Source: Candidatus Brocadiia bacterium
GTDB lineage: Bacteria; Planctomycetota; Brocadiia; SM23-32
NCBI GenBank assembly: GCA_046538485.1
Contig: JBKHIT010000015.1
Coordinates: 1-64,000 of the forward strand
Length of the DNA: 64,000 nucleotides
Direction of reading: 5' to 3'
Positions 30,365 through 40,277 of the stretch are shown here, one piece after another (positions within the stretch are counted from its first letter, which is position 1; each line of letters begins with the position of its first letter). The notes beneath the pieces were generated by a model. The model ran no database searches, had not been told where the DNA came from, and saw only the letters and a list, made by a program, of their open reading frames with translations. The translations under genes and the position numbers were made by a program.

Positions 30365-31348
30365 TTACAGCCAGCCGTGTTCTTCATACCAGCGGAGAGT
30401 TTTTGCAACACCTTCCGAGAGTGTTGTCTCGGCGACATAACCAAGCTCACGTCTTATTTTGTCGATGCTGCACACCCAACCCGAGGCCTGAAGTTCGTGG
30501 TATTTCTGTCGGCTAAAGATGCTCGGCTTGCCCGTGATGTTGGAGAGAAATTCCTGTATTGCGCAGGCGGGATAAAGGAATTTACTGGGGACGGAGAAGA
30601 CCAGCGGCTGGACGTTCATCTGCCGGGCAATTTCCTCCAAAAGTCCGCGGGAGGTTGAGATGTGAGGGGATGCAACGTTGTATATTTCAGTAAAGGCATC
30701 CGCTTCGCCTAAACATTCCAGAACGGCATCCGCGAGATCCGGACCATAAATGAGGTTGATCTGTTGTGTGCCGCCGTCGAACAGAGGCATGAGCCTGTTG
30801 TGCACCGTTTTGAAGGCATGGAAAAAATCGGTGTCTCTGGGTCCATAGACCGCGGAAGGACGCAGCACGGTCCAGGGGACCTTGCATTTTTCGGTTACTT
30901 CGCGTTCCGCCAGGAGTTTGCTTTTCCCGTAGTCGGAGATGGGTCGGGGGAGATCTTTTTCGGTAGCAGGATTGTTGGACCGACTTGGACCGAGCACCGA
31001 ACGGCTCGATATATGGATAAACTGGTCAATCGGATCGATCTGTCGATTGGTTACTTCCACGAGGTTAGCGGTGCCTTTCTGGTTGACCTCGTAGTATTGT
31101 TCTGTCCGAACGACTTTGGTTTTTCCCGCACAATGTATAATCGCCTGGACGCCGTCAACACCGTCTGCCAGCGACTCCGGATCGCTCAGGCTCCCGTAAT
31201 GGATTTCTACATCGTTCAGGTGGCGTTTTATAAAAGATGTATCGCTTGTGTGGCGAAGGAGGATGCGAACGGAGACATGGCGTTCGCGCAGCGCATCGAG
31301 AATATGGCTGCCGACAAAACCATTTGCACCGGTCACAAGTACTTTCAC
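30365..31348 (-). CDS. NAD-dependent epimerase/dehydratase (candidate ceramide reductase CerR)
   Basis: VTGANGFVG; HCAG; YGKSK (YxxxK); LRPSAVYGP; 4-nt overlap with the upstream gene. Confidence 0.88.
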   Translation of the reverse strand: MKVLVTGANGFVGSHILDALRERHVSVRILLRHTSDTSFIKRHLNDVEIHYGSLSDPESLADGVDGVQAIIHCAGKTKVVRTEQYYEVNQKGTANLVEVTNRQIDPIDQFIHISSRSVLGPSRSNNPATEKDLPRPISDYGKSKLLAEREVTEKCKVPWTVLRPSAVYGPRDTDFFHAFKTVHNRLMPLFDGGTQQINLIYGPDLADAVLECLGEADAFTEIYNVASPHISTSRGLLEEIARQMNVQPLVFSVPSKFLYPACAIQEFLSNITGKPSIFSRQKYHELQASGWVCSIDKIRRELGYVAETTLSEGVAKTLRWYEEHGWL

Positions 31349-32460
31349 AGTTTTTTCTCGTAGATGCGGTATCTTTTGGTGAGCCAGGCTCCGAAGCGTT
31401 CGAGCGCGCGGGTCATCCGGACATTATCGGCCAGGATCCAGGACATCTCGCAACTGTGATAACCATTTCGGTATCCGTTACGGAACAACGTATAGTAGAG
31501 GACGACATCGATGGCTTTATTCCTCATTGTGTCTTTAATGCCCAGCGTGATCACGCGGATATGATCAATCCGCGAGCGTCCGAAAAGCAGATGTATCCAG
31601 CCAAATGGCAGCAGCCGACCATGAGCCTTCCGCAGTAGCATATTATAATCGGGTAAAGCCAGGGCGAAAGCGACGGGTTCGCCATTTTTTTCGACGATCA
31701 GGGCGATATCGGGATCGATTATCGGACGGAGTTCGTGGGCCATATGCCGGAATTGAGCTTTTGTCATGGGCACAAAACCCCAGTTCTCGGCCCATGCTTC
31801 GTTGTAGATTTCCAGGGCGCGCGTGACTTCGTTTTCGAAATTGTCAGTATCAAGTGGTCTGACGGTAATTCCGAGCCTTTTTACGATTCGCTTGCTGAAT
31901 CGCTCGAGGTATCCGGGTATTTCGCCTCCATTGGCGTATTCAAATGCCAGCAGATCTTGAACTTTGTGGTATCCAGATTTTTCCATAAATGCCGGGTAAT
32001 AAGGTTTGCCGTAGGGCATCATTATCGCCGGACGCTCGTCGAATCCCGAGACGAGCATGCCGCATTCTTCGTTTGTGGAGAAATTGAAGGGGCCGCGGAT
32101 GACATCAATCTTTTTATCACGGAGCCAGTTTTCGGCTGTGCTTGTCAATGCCTCAGCCACTTCTGTATCTTTGATGCATTCAAAAAATCCAAAACAGCCC
32201 GTGTTTTCGTTCCAGTAATTGTTATGTCGGTGGTTTATGTGGGCCGTAATCCGCCCCACAATATTTCCATTGCGCGCAGCAAGGAAATAGGCGACATCTG
32301 TGAATTCGAAAAGGGGATTCTTGTCGGGATCGAAAAACTGCCGTCGTTCCCAGAGCAGGGGAGGGATGTAGTGGGGATTATTGCGGTAGAGCTGACGGGG
32401 AAAACGAATAAAGGTTTCGTGTTGTTTACGGGAGGAGACCGGTGTAACGGTAACTGCCAT
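31345..32460 (-). CDS. Double-GNAT-fold acyltransferase (bCerS/YghO-like, candidate ceramide synthase)
   Basis: GRITAHIN; GCFGFFE; RGPFNFSTNEECGML; YNEAWAENWGFVPM; EMSWILADN. Confidence 0.75.
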   Translation of the reverse strand: MAVTVTPVSSRKQHETFIRFPRQLYRNNPHYIPPLLWERRQFFDPDKNPLFEFTDVAYFLAARNGNIVGRITAHINHRHNNYWNENTGCFGFFECIKDTEVAEALTSTAENWLRDKKIDVIRGPFNFSTNEECGMLVSGFDERPAIMMPYGKPYYPAFMEKSGYHKVQDLLAFEYANGGEIPGYLERFSKRIVKRLGITVRPLDTDNFENEVTRALEIYNEAWAENWGFVPMTKAQFRHMAHELRPIIDPDIALIVEKNGEPVAFALALPDYNMLLRKAHGRLLPFGWIHLLFGRSRIDHIRVITLGIKDTMRNKAIDVVLYYTLFRNGYRNGYHSCEMSWILADNVRMTRALERFGAWLTKRYRIYEKKL

Positions 32461-32479
32461 GGGTTGAGCTCAAGAGCGA

Positions 32480-33685
32480 CTACAGGACGTCCATTTCGCG
32501 GCCGACCTGGGCCAATTTATCAAGTGCAAACTCGATTTGGTCTTCAGTATGAGTGGCCATAAGGCTGATACGTATCAAAGAGGCATTTGGAGGAACCGCG
32601 GGGCCCACGATGGGATTGACGAATATCCCTTCTTCCTGGAGCCGTTTGCTCATCTTAAGCGTGGTCAGTTTTTGGCCGATATGAATGGGGAGGATAGGTG
32701 TCTCGCTCGTTCCAAGGTTGAATCCGAGATCTTCCAATCCTTCCCGCATCAATTCGGTATTGTGCCAGAGCCTCTCAATACGTTCTGGTTCTTCTTTCAT
32801 GATATCGATAGCGGCCAGAACCGCGGCTGCATTTGCCGGACTCATGCTGGCGCTGAATATCAATGAACGCGAATTGTGCTTGAGATACTCGATGGTCTCT
32901 TCATCCGAAGCAATAAAACCTCCGAGCGAGGCGAGTGATTTGCTGAAAGTTCCCATAATAAGATGGACCCTGTCGGTCAGCCCGTAGTAGCTTGCTGTGC
33001 CGGATCCGTTTTCGCCTATCACTCCAATGGAGTGCGCATCGTCAACCATAACAACGGCCCGGTGTGCCTCGGCCAGTTCCACAATTCGAGGCAGAGGGGC
33101 GATGTCGCCTTCCATACTGAAGATGCCATCCACGACGATCATCTTGCCGTCGTCGGGTTCAAGTACTTCCAATTTATCTTTAAGGCCATCCATGTCATTG
33201 TGCGGGTAACGCACATACTCCCCGAACGACAACAGACAACCGTCGACGATGCTGGCGTGATCGCCTTTATCGCTGATGACGTAGTCCCCGCGGCCTACCA
33301 AACAGCTTATCACACCGAGATTGACCTGAAATCCCGTGGAGTAAAGCACCACCGACTCTTTATTTACCAGATCGGCAAGTTTCTCTTCCAGTTTCAGATG
33401 GATATCGAGAGTCCCGTTTAGAAAGCGAGAGCCCGCGCAGCCGGAGCCGTACTTATCAACGGCCGCTTTTACTTCTTCTTTGATTTTTGGGTGGTTTGTG
33501 AGGCCGAGATAACTGTTTGAACCCAGCATGAGCACCTGCTGGCCGTTTACGACAACTTCCGTATCTTGAGCGGAAGAAAGCGGTCGAAAATACGGGTACA
33601 GACCACTTTTGCGAACCTGCGCGGCGTCTTCGTAATTCTTGACTTTCTTGAGCAATGGCCGATCGTTTAACGCCACATCCTGCAT
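32480..33685 (-). CDS. spt: Serine palmitoyltransferase (alpha-oxoamine synthase family)
   Basis: YPYFR; GSNSYLGL; GSRFLNGTLDIH; HASIVDG; DGIFSMEG; DDAH; GTFSKSLASLGG PLP-lysine motif of SPT type. Confidence 0.8.
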   Translation of the reverse strand: MQDVALNDRPLLKKVKNYEDAAQVRKSGLYPYFRPLSSAQDTEVVVNGQQVLMLGSNSYLGLTNHPKIKEEVKAAVDKYGSGCAGSRFLNGTLDIHLKLEEKLADLVNKESVVLYSTGFQVNLGVISCLVGRGDYVISDKGDHASIVDGCLLSFGEYVRYPHNDMDGLKDKLEVLEPDDGKMIVVDGIFSMEGDIAPLPRIVELAEAHRAVVMVDDAHSIGVIGENGSGTASYYGLTDRVHLIMGTFSKSLASLGGFIASDEETIEYLKHNSRSLIFSASMSPANAAAVLAAIDIMKEEPERIERLWHNTELMREGLEDLGFNLGTSETPILPIHIGQKLTTLKMSKRLQEEGIFVNPIVGPAVPPNASLIRISLMATHTEDQIEFALDKLAQVGREMDVL

Positions 33686-33754
33686 TACACTACCTCAGGG
33701 GAGTTTTCGCTATTCCTGGCCGGAACCCCAGGATACTCAGCTAACAAGAAGACA

Positions 33755-33782
33755 ATTATACAGAAATATGCATTCCATGCAA
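33755..33782 (-). promoter_or_regulatory. Sigma70-like promoter of the spt operon
   Basis: TTGCAT-16 nt-TATAAT, about 70 nt upstream of spt. Confidence 0.55.
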
Positions 33783-33873
33783 CAAATGTGAAGGGAATCC
33801 ACCAAGAAATAAGCTTGTGGGCAATCCTAAACGTCCCGTCTATACTACCCGGAAATCGGCCATAATATCAAAC

Positions 33874-33969
33874 AAGGAATTTGCACTGTCGGTCTTTTCG
33901 GTGGCCGGCAGCCGGTCATCCCCCGAGAATCCCGGCGGACTCTGCCCTCGGACCAGACGCAAATTCCTT
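33874..33969. mobile_element. 96-bp MITE-like element A, copy 2
   Basis: AAGGAATTTGC...GCAAATTCCTT; colinear with 18562-18657. Confidence 0.75.
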
Positions 33970-34089
33970 AAGTTTCCTTCGGAAAAGGGGCAAGGCTGTT
34001 TGCGGCCGGAAGGGCGCCGTTCTCTTACGCACCTTTCCCGCAGGGAAGCAAGATTTCGGCTACTTTTTGGCGGCGCCGTTGCAAGCGGC

Positions 34090-34653
34090 CTAAGCGGCCC
34101 CTACCAAACTGCGCACCGTTGGTGTCGTCCTGTCCTCCTCGCTGGCCCCTTTGCTCCTGTTTTCCCTCACCCGCCCCAGCGCCATCGCAAGCATCACTAT
34201 CAGCGCCAGGCTGCACCGGGCCCGCATTTTTTTCTTCCCCCGGATATAGTGGTTCTCAAATCCAAAAGAGACATCCAGTCGGCTGTTTACGCGCTCCACT
34301 GAGGTGCGTTTCCTGTAGAGACGCTCAAATTTCGCGCTCGTGCGTGCCACCGGTAAAAATGTGCGCCGGTCCAGCTTCCGGCTCACCCGCACCACGCCTC
34401 CGTACTCTGTCTCCCCGCTGCAGCGCTCATAGCCCTCGCAGCTCAGACTGTATCGGGCTACCGGGCAGCGCCACTTCTGCGCATCTCGTCCCTTCTCGTA
34501 GCCCCAGTAGACCATCTTGCGCCGCTCCCGTTCCATCTTCCGCATCAAAGGCTCATCCGGCAGGACATCCAAAACCAGCTTCAACCGCTCAAGATCCCCC
34601 AGATTCTCCACGTCTTCCCAGCAAAACAGTCCTTGATCTGGTATACTGGCCAT
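34090..34653 (-). pseudogene. Internally deleted DDE transposase (IS5/IS1182-like)
   Basis: N-terminal LFCWEDVENLGDLERL..PDE.LM joined directly to C-terminal KWRCP...YRKRTSVERVNSRLD..FGFE.HYIRG; IR-like end at 34865-34879. Confidence 0.75.
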
Positions 34654-35018
34654 CGAGCGCTCCTTTCTTTCGGTGGTAAGTGTAACTCTTTCGTAAGACA
34701 CATTTTACCACAGTCAGGAGGGGCGCTCATCCTATTTTAGGGCTTTGGGGTAAAAATCCGGGGGCTCACACCAAATCGGCTCCTCAGAACCGCTGAGAGC
34801 CCGATTTTGGGGTAAAGAGTTTTTCTGCCTCCCGCTAAACCACCGCTGCCAAAAGACTTCCAATCAGCGCAAATGGCTCGTGGTGTCATTCTGTTTATTC
34901 CCAATAATGCATTTACAGAAAATACCCGTGAGTGTATCCTATGGAAAAGGAATTATTTCGGAAAAACATGGACCAAAGTCGGCAAACTCGCGTCTAATAA
35001 ACTGTAGGAGTTGAAATA

Positions 35019-35639
35019 GTGCAAGCCTCTTGCAGTGATGGAGAACTTGTAAGACGTGCCTGTGACGGCGAACTGGAAGCTTTCGGGCTTCTGGTCCGAC
35101 GCCACCAGGACTATATCTTCAATAGCGTTTTTCATATGGTTGGAGACCGTCAGGACGCCGAAGATCTTGCGCAAGAGGTTTTCATGAAAGCCTATCGCGG
35201 TCTCAGTGGCTTTCAGCATGAAGCACGTTTCAGCACGTGGATTTATGGAATTATGCTGAATTGCGTGCGAAGCCACTGGCGCCGCCGCGGAAGACGACTC
35301 AATCCGATGAGTCTCGATGCCGGAGGAGACGATGAAGATAGCTCGATGCCCGACCCACCTGCCGACGAGGATGGCCCACCGGAACAGCTGGCTCGCAAAG
35401 AACGTGTCCAGATGGTCCGTGAAGCCATCGCGAAACTTCCTGTGGATCTCAAAGAGGTTGTTACTTTGCGAGACTTGCAGGGCCTGTCTTACCGCGAGCT
35501 TTCGGAGGTCCTCGAAGTCCCGCTGGGCACCGTTAAAAGCCGTCTCGCCCGTGCGAGGGGTAAACTCAAAGGAAAAGTTATCGCCGTTGCCGGCGGCCGA
35601 CCCGAAGGGTTCGAGTCACAGTCAAGAAATCAGACTTAA
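35019..35639 (+). CDS. ECF RNA polymerase sigma factor (RpoE/SigW-like)
   Basis: DAEDLAQEVF; FSTWIYGI..N; LSYRELSEVL.VPLGTVKSRLARAR. Confidence 0.93.
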   Translation: MQASCSDGELVRRACDGELEAFGLLVRRHQDYIFNSVFHMVGDRQDAEDLAQEVFMKAYRGLSGFQHEARFSTWIYGIMLNCVRSHWRRRGRRLNPMSLDAGGDDEDSSMPDPPADEDGPPEQLARKERVQMVREAIAKLPVDLKEVVTLRDLQGLSYRELSEVLEVPLGTVKSRLARARGKLKGKVIAVAGGRPEGFESQSRNQT

Positions 35640-35660
35640 ACCAATATCAGGTGTGAAGCA

Positions 35661-36950
35661 ATGAAGTGTGAACAGGTTAAAAAAAGCCTGTCCGAATATA
35701 TTGATCGGGAACTTACCCCGGACCAAATCGCCGAGGTCGAGGACCATCTCGAGACCTGCCCCGACTGTCGGCGGGAGCTGGAAGAGCTACGAAAAACTGT
35801 CGAAACCATCCGAAAATTGCCCGAGGAAAAACCGCCTCCCGGGTTTGCCGCGAATGTTCTCGGCCGTATTCAAAAAACAGAAAAGGCAAAAATAATCCCG
35901 TCTGCCAGCAAAGAAAGGTTCTGGCCCCGGGCTCTGGCGGTCGCCGCTATGTTCCTGCTCGTTGTCGGGGTCACCATGTTGCTGGAACAAAATGGACTGC
36001 TGGCCCCCGCTGGAATGGAAGAAGATCAACTGGCGTTCGTTCCCCCAGGGAAGAAGGACCGCGCTCAGGGTCTTGAAGAGGCCGGTGAAATTGCAAGAAA
36101 GGAAATTCATAAAGAATCCGAGCGGATTATGGGGAAAGGTGACGAGGGCGCAAAGCTGGCGGAAAAAGGGGCCGGTCTGGATGAAGTGGCCCACCCACTG
36201 AAAGCGGAAGCACCGGCGCCAGCGACCGCAGAAAGAAAAAGCCTTAAAAAATCGAATGTGGCCGCAAAACGCAGCACCGGCGGGGCCAAAGACCTCCGTA
36301 AAGCTGAAGGAGGGTGGGGCGGCGGGGGACGCGCCAAAGCCGGTTCGGAACCACCCGACCAAGTTCTGACAATTGACACGGAAGAACCCATACAGCTTGC
36401 ACAAAAAGCCATCGAACTGGCCGGTACCAATAAGATCCGAAATGTGAAGCTCGTTTTCGAGAAAGATAGAGACAAAAATGAAGCGGTCACTTTGGTCGTA
36501 CCCGTGCCGGCTGAAAGGTACGAAACTTTTCTCAATGAGCTTTCTCTGCTTATCCCCCCCGCGCGGCAAAGACTGTCAGCGGTTGGAGAATCGGAGGGCG
36601 ACGTTTTTCTGCGGTCAGTCACGAAGCGCTTTCAGAAACGTCTTCTGCGTCGGGGCCCGAGGGAAAAAGAAAAAGTTTCTGGCACCGGGGATTCTGCATC
36701 CCTGGAAGATGAAAAAGCCGATGGAGGAAAAGTAGAAGAAGAAAGGGATGCAGAACTGGCTGCCGAGCAGAAACGCGTTGAACCCACGCGGTCAGGTCTT
36801 ACCACCGGTGTCGCCGTGCAGCAGTTCGAGCGGCGGCCGCAGAAAGTAAAACTGGTGATACGTCTGAACCGTTTGGATAAGGGATATGCAGCTGGAGCGG
36901 CTGAAGAAGACGCAGAGAAAAAAGCGCACCCACCGGCCATGGGTTTCTAA
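35661..36950 (+). CDS. Zinc-binding anti-sigma factor (ZAS, zf-HC2) with one TM helix
   Basis: C...HLETCPDC (HxxxCxxC); hydrophobic ALAVAAMFLLVVGVTMLL; directly follows the ECF sigma. Confidence 0.87.
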   Translation: MKCEQVKKSLSEYIDRELTPDQIAEVEDHLETCPDCRRELEELRKTVETIRKLPEEKPPPGFAANVLGRIQKTEKAKIIPSASKERFWPRALAVAAMFLLVVGVTMLLEQNGLLAPAGMEEDQLAFVPPGKKDRAQGLEEAGEIARKEIHKESERIMGKGDEGAKLAEKGAGLDEVAHPLKAEAPAPATAERKSLKKSNVAAKRSTGGAKDLRKAEGGWGGGGRAKAGSEPPDQVLTIDTEEPIQLAQKAIELAGTNKIRNVKLVFEKDRDKNEAVTLVVPVPAERYETFLNELSLLIPPARQRLSAVGESEGDVFLRSVTKRFQKRLLRRGPREKEKVSGTGDSASLEDEKADGGKVEEERDAELAAEQKRVEPTRSGLTTGVAVQQFERRPQKVKLVIRLNRLDKGYAAGAAEEDAEKKAHPPAMGF

Positions 36951-36964
36951 AGGCATAAGGATTT

Positions 36965-37279
36965 TCAGCGTCTGTTACGAACTTTTTTTCTCCCCAACAG
37001 CCACCCCAACAGACATCCCGGCGCATTCTCTCCCTCAGGTTTGCTGGCCATAAAGTTTTCCTGCTTCTGGCGCGCCAGCAAGCCTCCGACCAGACGGGGA
37101 AAATCGGGATGTCGCTCGAAGACTTCCCGATACGAACTGCCGAGTTCAAGCAATTCTTCTGCCTCCCCGATAAGTTTATCGGTATTTTCTGAGCCCGATT
37201 CAAGATGTTGCTTTATGCGCGCGGTCAGTTCTTCCAGGTGGAGCTCGTATTCTTCCGGGGTTAGTTGTGTTTGGGCCAT
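36965..37279 (-). CDS. Hypothetical protein
   Basis: AGGAG RBS before MAQTQLT; helical acidic sequence. Confidence 0.6.
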   Translation of the reverse strand: MAQTQLTPEEYELHLEELTARIKQHLESGSENTDKLIGEAEELLELGSSYREVFERHPDFPRLVGGLLARQKQENFMASKPEGENAPGCLLGWLLGRKKVRNRR

Positions 37280-37463
37280 GATCGCTCCTGGACGGACATC
37301 TGAACAAATTTGATAATGACAGAAATAGCGAGGCAAGGCAAACGGTTATGGAAAATCCGGCCGCCGGTTGCGACCGAGCTCCGGAGTTGTTAGCATCCAG
37401 ACTTTCGAGTTTTGTGGGCCCGTTGGGTTCGCGTTTCAAACCTATGGTTGCAGGAGATCGAAG

Positions 37464-38324
37464 ATGTATGTGTCAGTTCGCGATTGTATGTTGGCATCAA
37501 CTGGTGTGTCGGACCCCGTGGCTGCTCTTCGGGAAGTCGGGGTGAATTCCACTGAAGTGGCGGTGGGAAAAGACGCGACGGTTGCCACCTTCACCGGTGA
37601 AGATGAGTCCTTAGAGCTCGGTTCCGATGAAGATCTTTCGGCACTTGGGTCGGTTTTGCAGGAAAATGATCTGTCGATATGCGCGTTTCTTATGGGCAAC
37701 GACTTCTCGAGCGATGAGTATGACCAGGAAGTTGACGCCCTTGTCACGACCTGCCAGGCGGCAGAGACCTTGGGCGTGCCTGCGGTGCGTATCGATCTGA
37801 TTCCGCGTCAGGGCGACATGCCGGAAGACGAGTTCATCACGCGATGTTTGGAGGCGACCGATCAAGCCCTCGGGGCCTGCGCGGACGTTGACCTCGGAAT
37901 CGAAAACCATGGCGGCACGTCGAACCGCCCGGAATTTCTCGATAAGGTCTTCGAGCGGTCTTCGAGCGAAAGACTCGGACTGACCCTCGATACCGGAAAT
38001 TTCTACTGGTTCGGTCACCCTCTTGAAATGGTCTATGAACTCATGGAGAAATACGGCCCCCGGATCAACCACACTCACTGCAAAAATATCGCCTATCCGG
38101 AAGATATTCAAAATGAACGCCGAGAGGTCGGTTACGAATACGGCGAGTACGTGGCGCCGATATATGAAGGCGATATCGACCACAAGCGCGTTGTCTCGAT
38201 CCTGAGTCAGGCGGGATACGATCGGAGCCTCTGCGTTGAGGACGAGAGTCTCGGACATTTCCCCGATGACGAACGCGCCGAGGTCCTCCAGAAAGATGTC
38301 GATTACCTCAAATCGATCGTTTAA
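37464..38324 (+). CDS. Sugar phosphate isomerase/epimerase (xylose isomerase-like TIM barrel)
   Basis: GIENHG; LTLDTGNF; HTHCK; LCVEDE; AGGAG RBS. Confidence 0.88.
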   Translation: MYVSVRDCMLASTGVSDPVAALREVGVNSTEVAVGKDATVATFTGEDESLELGSDEDLSALGSVLQENDLSICAFLMGNDFSSDEYDQEVDALVTTCQAAETLGVPAVRIDLIPRQGDMPEDEFITRCLEATDQALGACADVDLGIENHGGTSNRPEFLDKVFERSSSERLGLTLDTGNFYWFGHPLEMVYELMEKYGPRINHTHCKNIAYPEDIQNERREVGYEYGEYVAPIYEGDIDHKRVVSILSQAGYDRSLCVEDESLGHFPDDERAEVLQKDVDYLKSIV

Positions 38325-38333
38325 GCCGATCTA

Positions 38334-39077
38334 ATGAACCGAACCTTCCGAGCGGATGACTGGGATTCCTACCGCATGGAATACGGCCGTCCGCACCGCG
38401 AACTCGAGCCCCCGGAACGTGAAGAAAATGTCGTGGACCGGGCGCTGAACGTTCTGGTTGAGGAAAACATACTGCCTCACGGTCGATACGATCGTGCTCT
38501 TTTTCTCGCCCACCGCCGCGCGGTCAGGGAACAATTTGAAATTCCCTGGACCGCCATCACGCCGCGGATGCAGCGTTTTATCTACGCCATCAACGCGATC
38601 CATGAACCATCAAACATAATCGCGGCCGGGATTTTCTGTGGCTTCACTTTTATCTGCAATGCCGGAGCCGCTGTGGGACCCGGTGCTTGTTACGATGCGG
38701 CGAACCTGATTGGTGTTGAGATCGATGCCGACAGGGCATCGCTCGCCCGAGGAAACGTGCAAAAAGTCGATCCCGAAGGAAAAACCTCCATTATCGCCGC
38801 CGACGCCGTCGATGTCGCTCGGGATGTCGAGTCCGAGATCGATCTTCTTTATCTGGATGCCGATGGTGCCGGTGGCCACGGGAAAGGTGTTTATTACGAG
38901 ATCCTCCAAGCGGCCCTCGCAAAGATCCCCGATGGTGGCCTCGTGCTGGCCCATAACAGCGTCAACTGCCGGCACGATCTCCGTCATTACCTCGAGTTTG
39001 TGCGTGATGAAACGCAGTTCCGGGCCAGCGTGAACGTGATACTGGATTCCGAAGGTCTGGAAGTCTCGTCGAAATGA
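38334..39077 (+). CDS. Class I SAM-dependent methyltransferase-like protein
   Basis: GIFCGF; GVEID; ADAVD; IDLLYLDAD; GGLVLAHN. Confidence 0.75.
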   Translation: MNRTFRADDWDSYRMEYGRPHRELEPPEREENVVDRALNVLVEENILPHGRYDRALFLAHRRAVREQFEIPWTAITPRMQRFIYAINAIHEPSNIIAAGIFCGFTFICNAGAAVGPGACYDAANLIGVEIDADRASLARGNVQKVDPEGKTSIIAADAVDVARDVESEIDLLYLDADGAGGHGKGVYYEILQAALAKIPDGGLVLAHNSVNCRHDLRHYLEFVRDETQFRASVNVILDSEGLEVSSK

Positions 39078-39123
39078 TATCGACAAAAGCGCGGACGATG
39101 CACTGACCGACAAAAGGAGAAAC

Positions 39124-40095
39124 ATGAAACCCCGCGAACGATTTATTGCTGCGCTGGAACGCCGCCCTCTGAGCGGATTGGTGCCGCATTTCGAGCTTGT
39201 GTTTTTCCTCACGATGGAAGCTTTTGGAAAGGTTCATCCTTCCCATCGTAGCTACGGGCAATGGGACCAGATGGAAAAAAAAGAGCGACAGCTTCATCGC
39301 GAGGATATGGCGGATATTTTCATTGCCACGGCTCGCCGATACGACCATTCCGCAATTTTTCTTCATCCCAATCCGCGGACCGATGAGGAGGCATTGCGTT
39401 TGATCGATATCGTGAGGGAGAAAACGGGCGACCGGTATTTCCTGATGATGCATGGCGATGCCACGATGGGCATTCCCCATGGCGACAACATGGTTGAAGT
39501 CTCCATGCGGCTCAAGGACGAGCCGGGCAAGGTCAAGGCTGAAGCTTGTGAGCGTGTTGATCATGCGCTTGAGAAAGCAGAGAAATTTGCCAAGCACGGC
39601 GAGCTTGACGGATGGGCCCTGTGCGCTGATTACTGTTTCAACAATGGACCTTTTCTCTCGCCGGATCTGTTTGCTGAATTTGTGGCCCCGTATCTGACGG
39701 ACCTGATCGCCGGTTACCGCGATTTGGGCTTTTACGTCATCAAGCATACAGATGGCGATATCATGCCGATTATCGATCAGCTGGTTGAGGCTAATCCTCA
39801 CGCTTTGCATTCCCTCGACCCACAGGCGGGCGTGGACATCGCGGAGGTGAAAAAAACATATGGAGATCGCGTTTGTTTGATCGGAAATGTCAATTGTGGG
39901 ACACTCGATACCGGAACCGACGAGGAAGTCGCGGAGGCGACGGAATACGCTTTGACGCGCGGAATGCCGGGCGGGGGTTACATATTTTCGACCAGTAATT
40001 GCATCTACACGGGCATGAAGCTCAAACGTTACGACTTGATGCTTGATGTCTGGCGCGAAAATGGCATTTATCCCGATGCCGCCCAAGCACAGTAG
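39124..40095 (+). CDS. Uroporphyrinogen decarboxylase/MtaA-family protein
   Basis: PRERF; PFLSPDLF; IKHTDGDI; LIGNV; GGGYIFSTSN. Confidence 0.85.
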   Translation: MKPRERFIAALERRPLSGLVPHFELVFFLTMEAFGKVHPSHRSYGQWDQMEKKERQLHREDMADIFIATARRYDHSAIFLHPNPRTDEEALRLIDIVREKTGDRYFLMMHGDATMGIPHGDNMVEVSMRLKDEPGKVKAEACERVDHALEKAEKFAKHGELDGWALCADYCFNNGPFLSPDLFAEFVAPYLTDLIAGYRDLGFYVIKHTDGDIMPIIDQLVEANPHALHSLDPQAGVDIAEVKKTYGDRVCLIGNVNCGTLDTGTDEEVAEATEYALTRGMPGGGYIFSTSNCIYTGMKLKRYDLMLDVWRENGIYPDAAQAQ

Positions 40096-40277
40096 CGAGC
40101 GCGCAGTGTGTTACCACTGAAAACGTAACTCTACGTTTACCCTGTGTGCTTGAGGAACATAAATGTGTCCGAAGCGCACAGGTGTTGTGAGCAGGCTGGA
40201 GTTGGGCCGGAGCCCGGAGTTCAGAATGGGGCCAGAGAATCGAGAAAGTCCATACGTTTTGAGGAAGGAAGCGGAAT

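Noticed and set aside
32480..33685. Annotation as bioF or kbl
   Set aside because: No bio or tdh genes nearby; motifs and neighbours fit SPT better, though this is not formally excluded without a tree.
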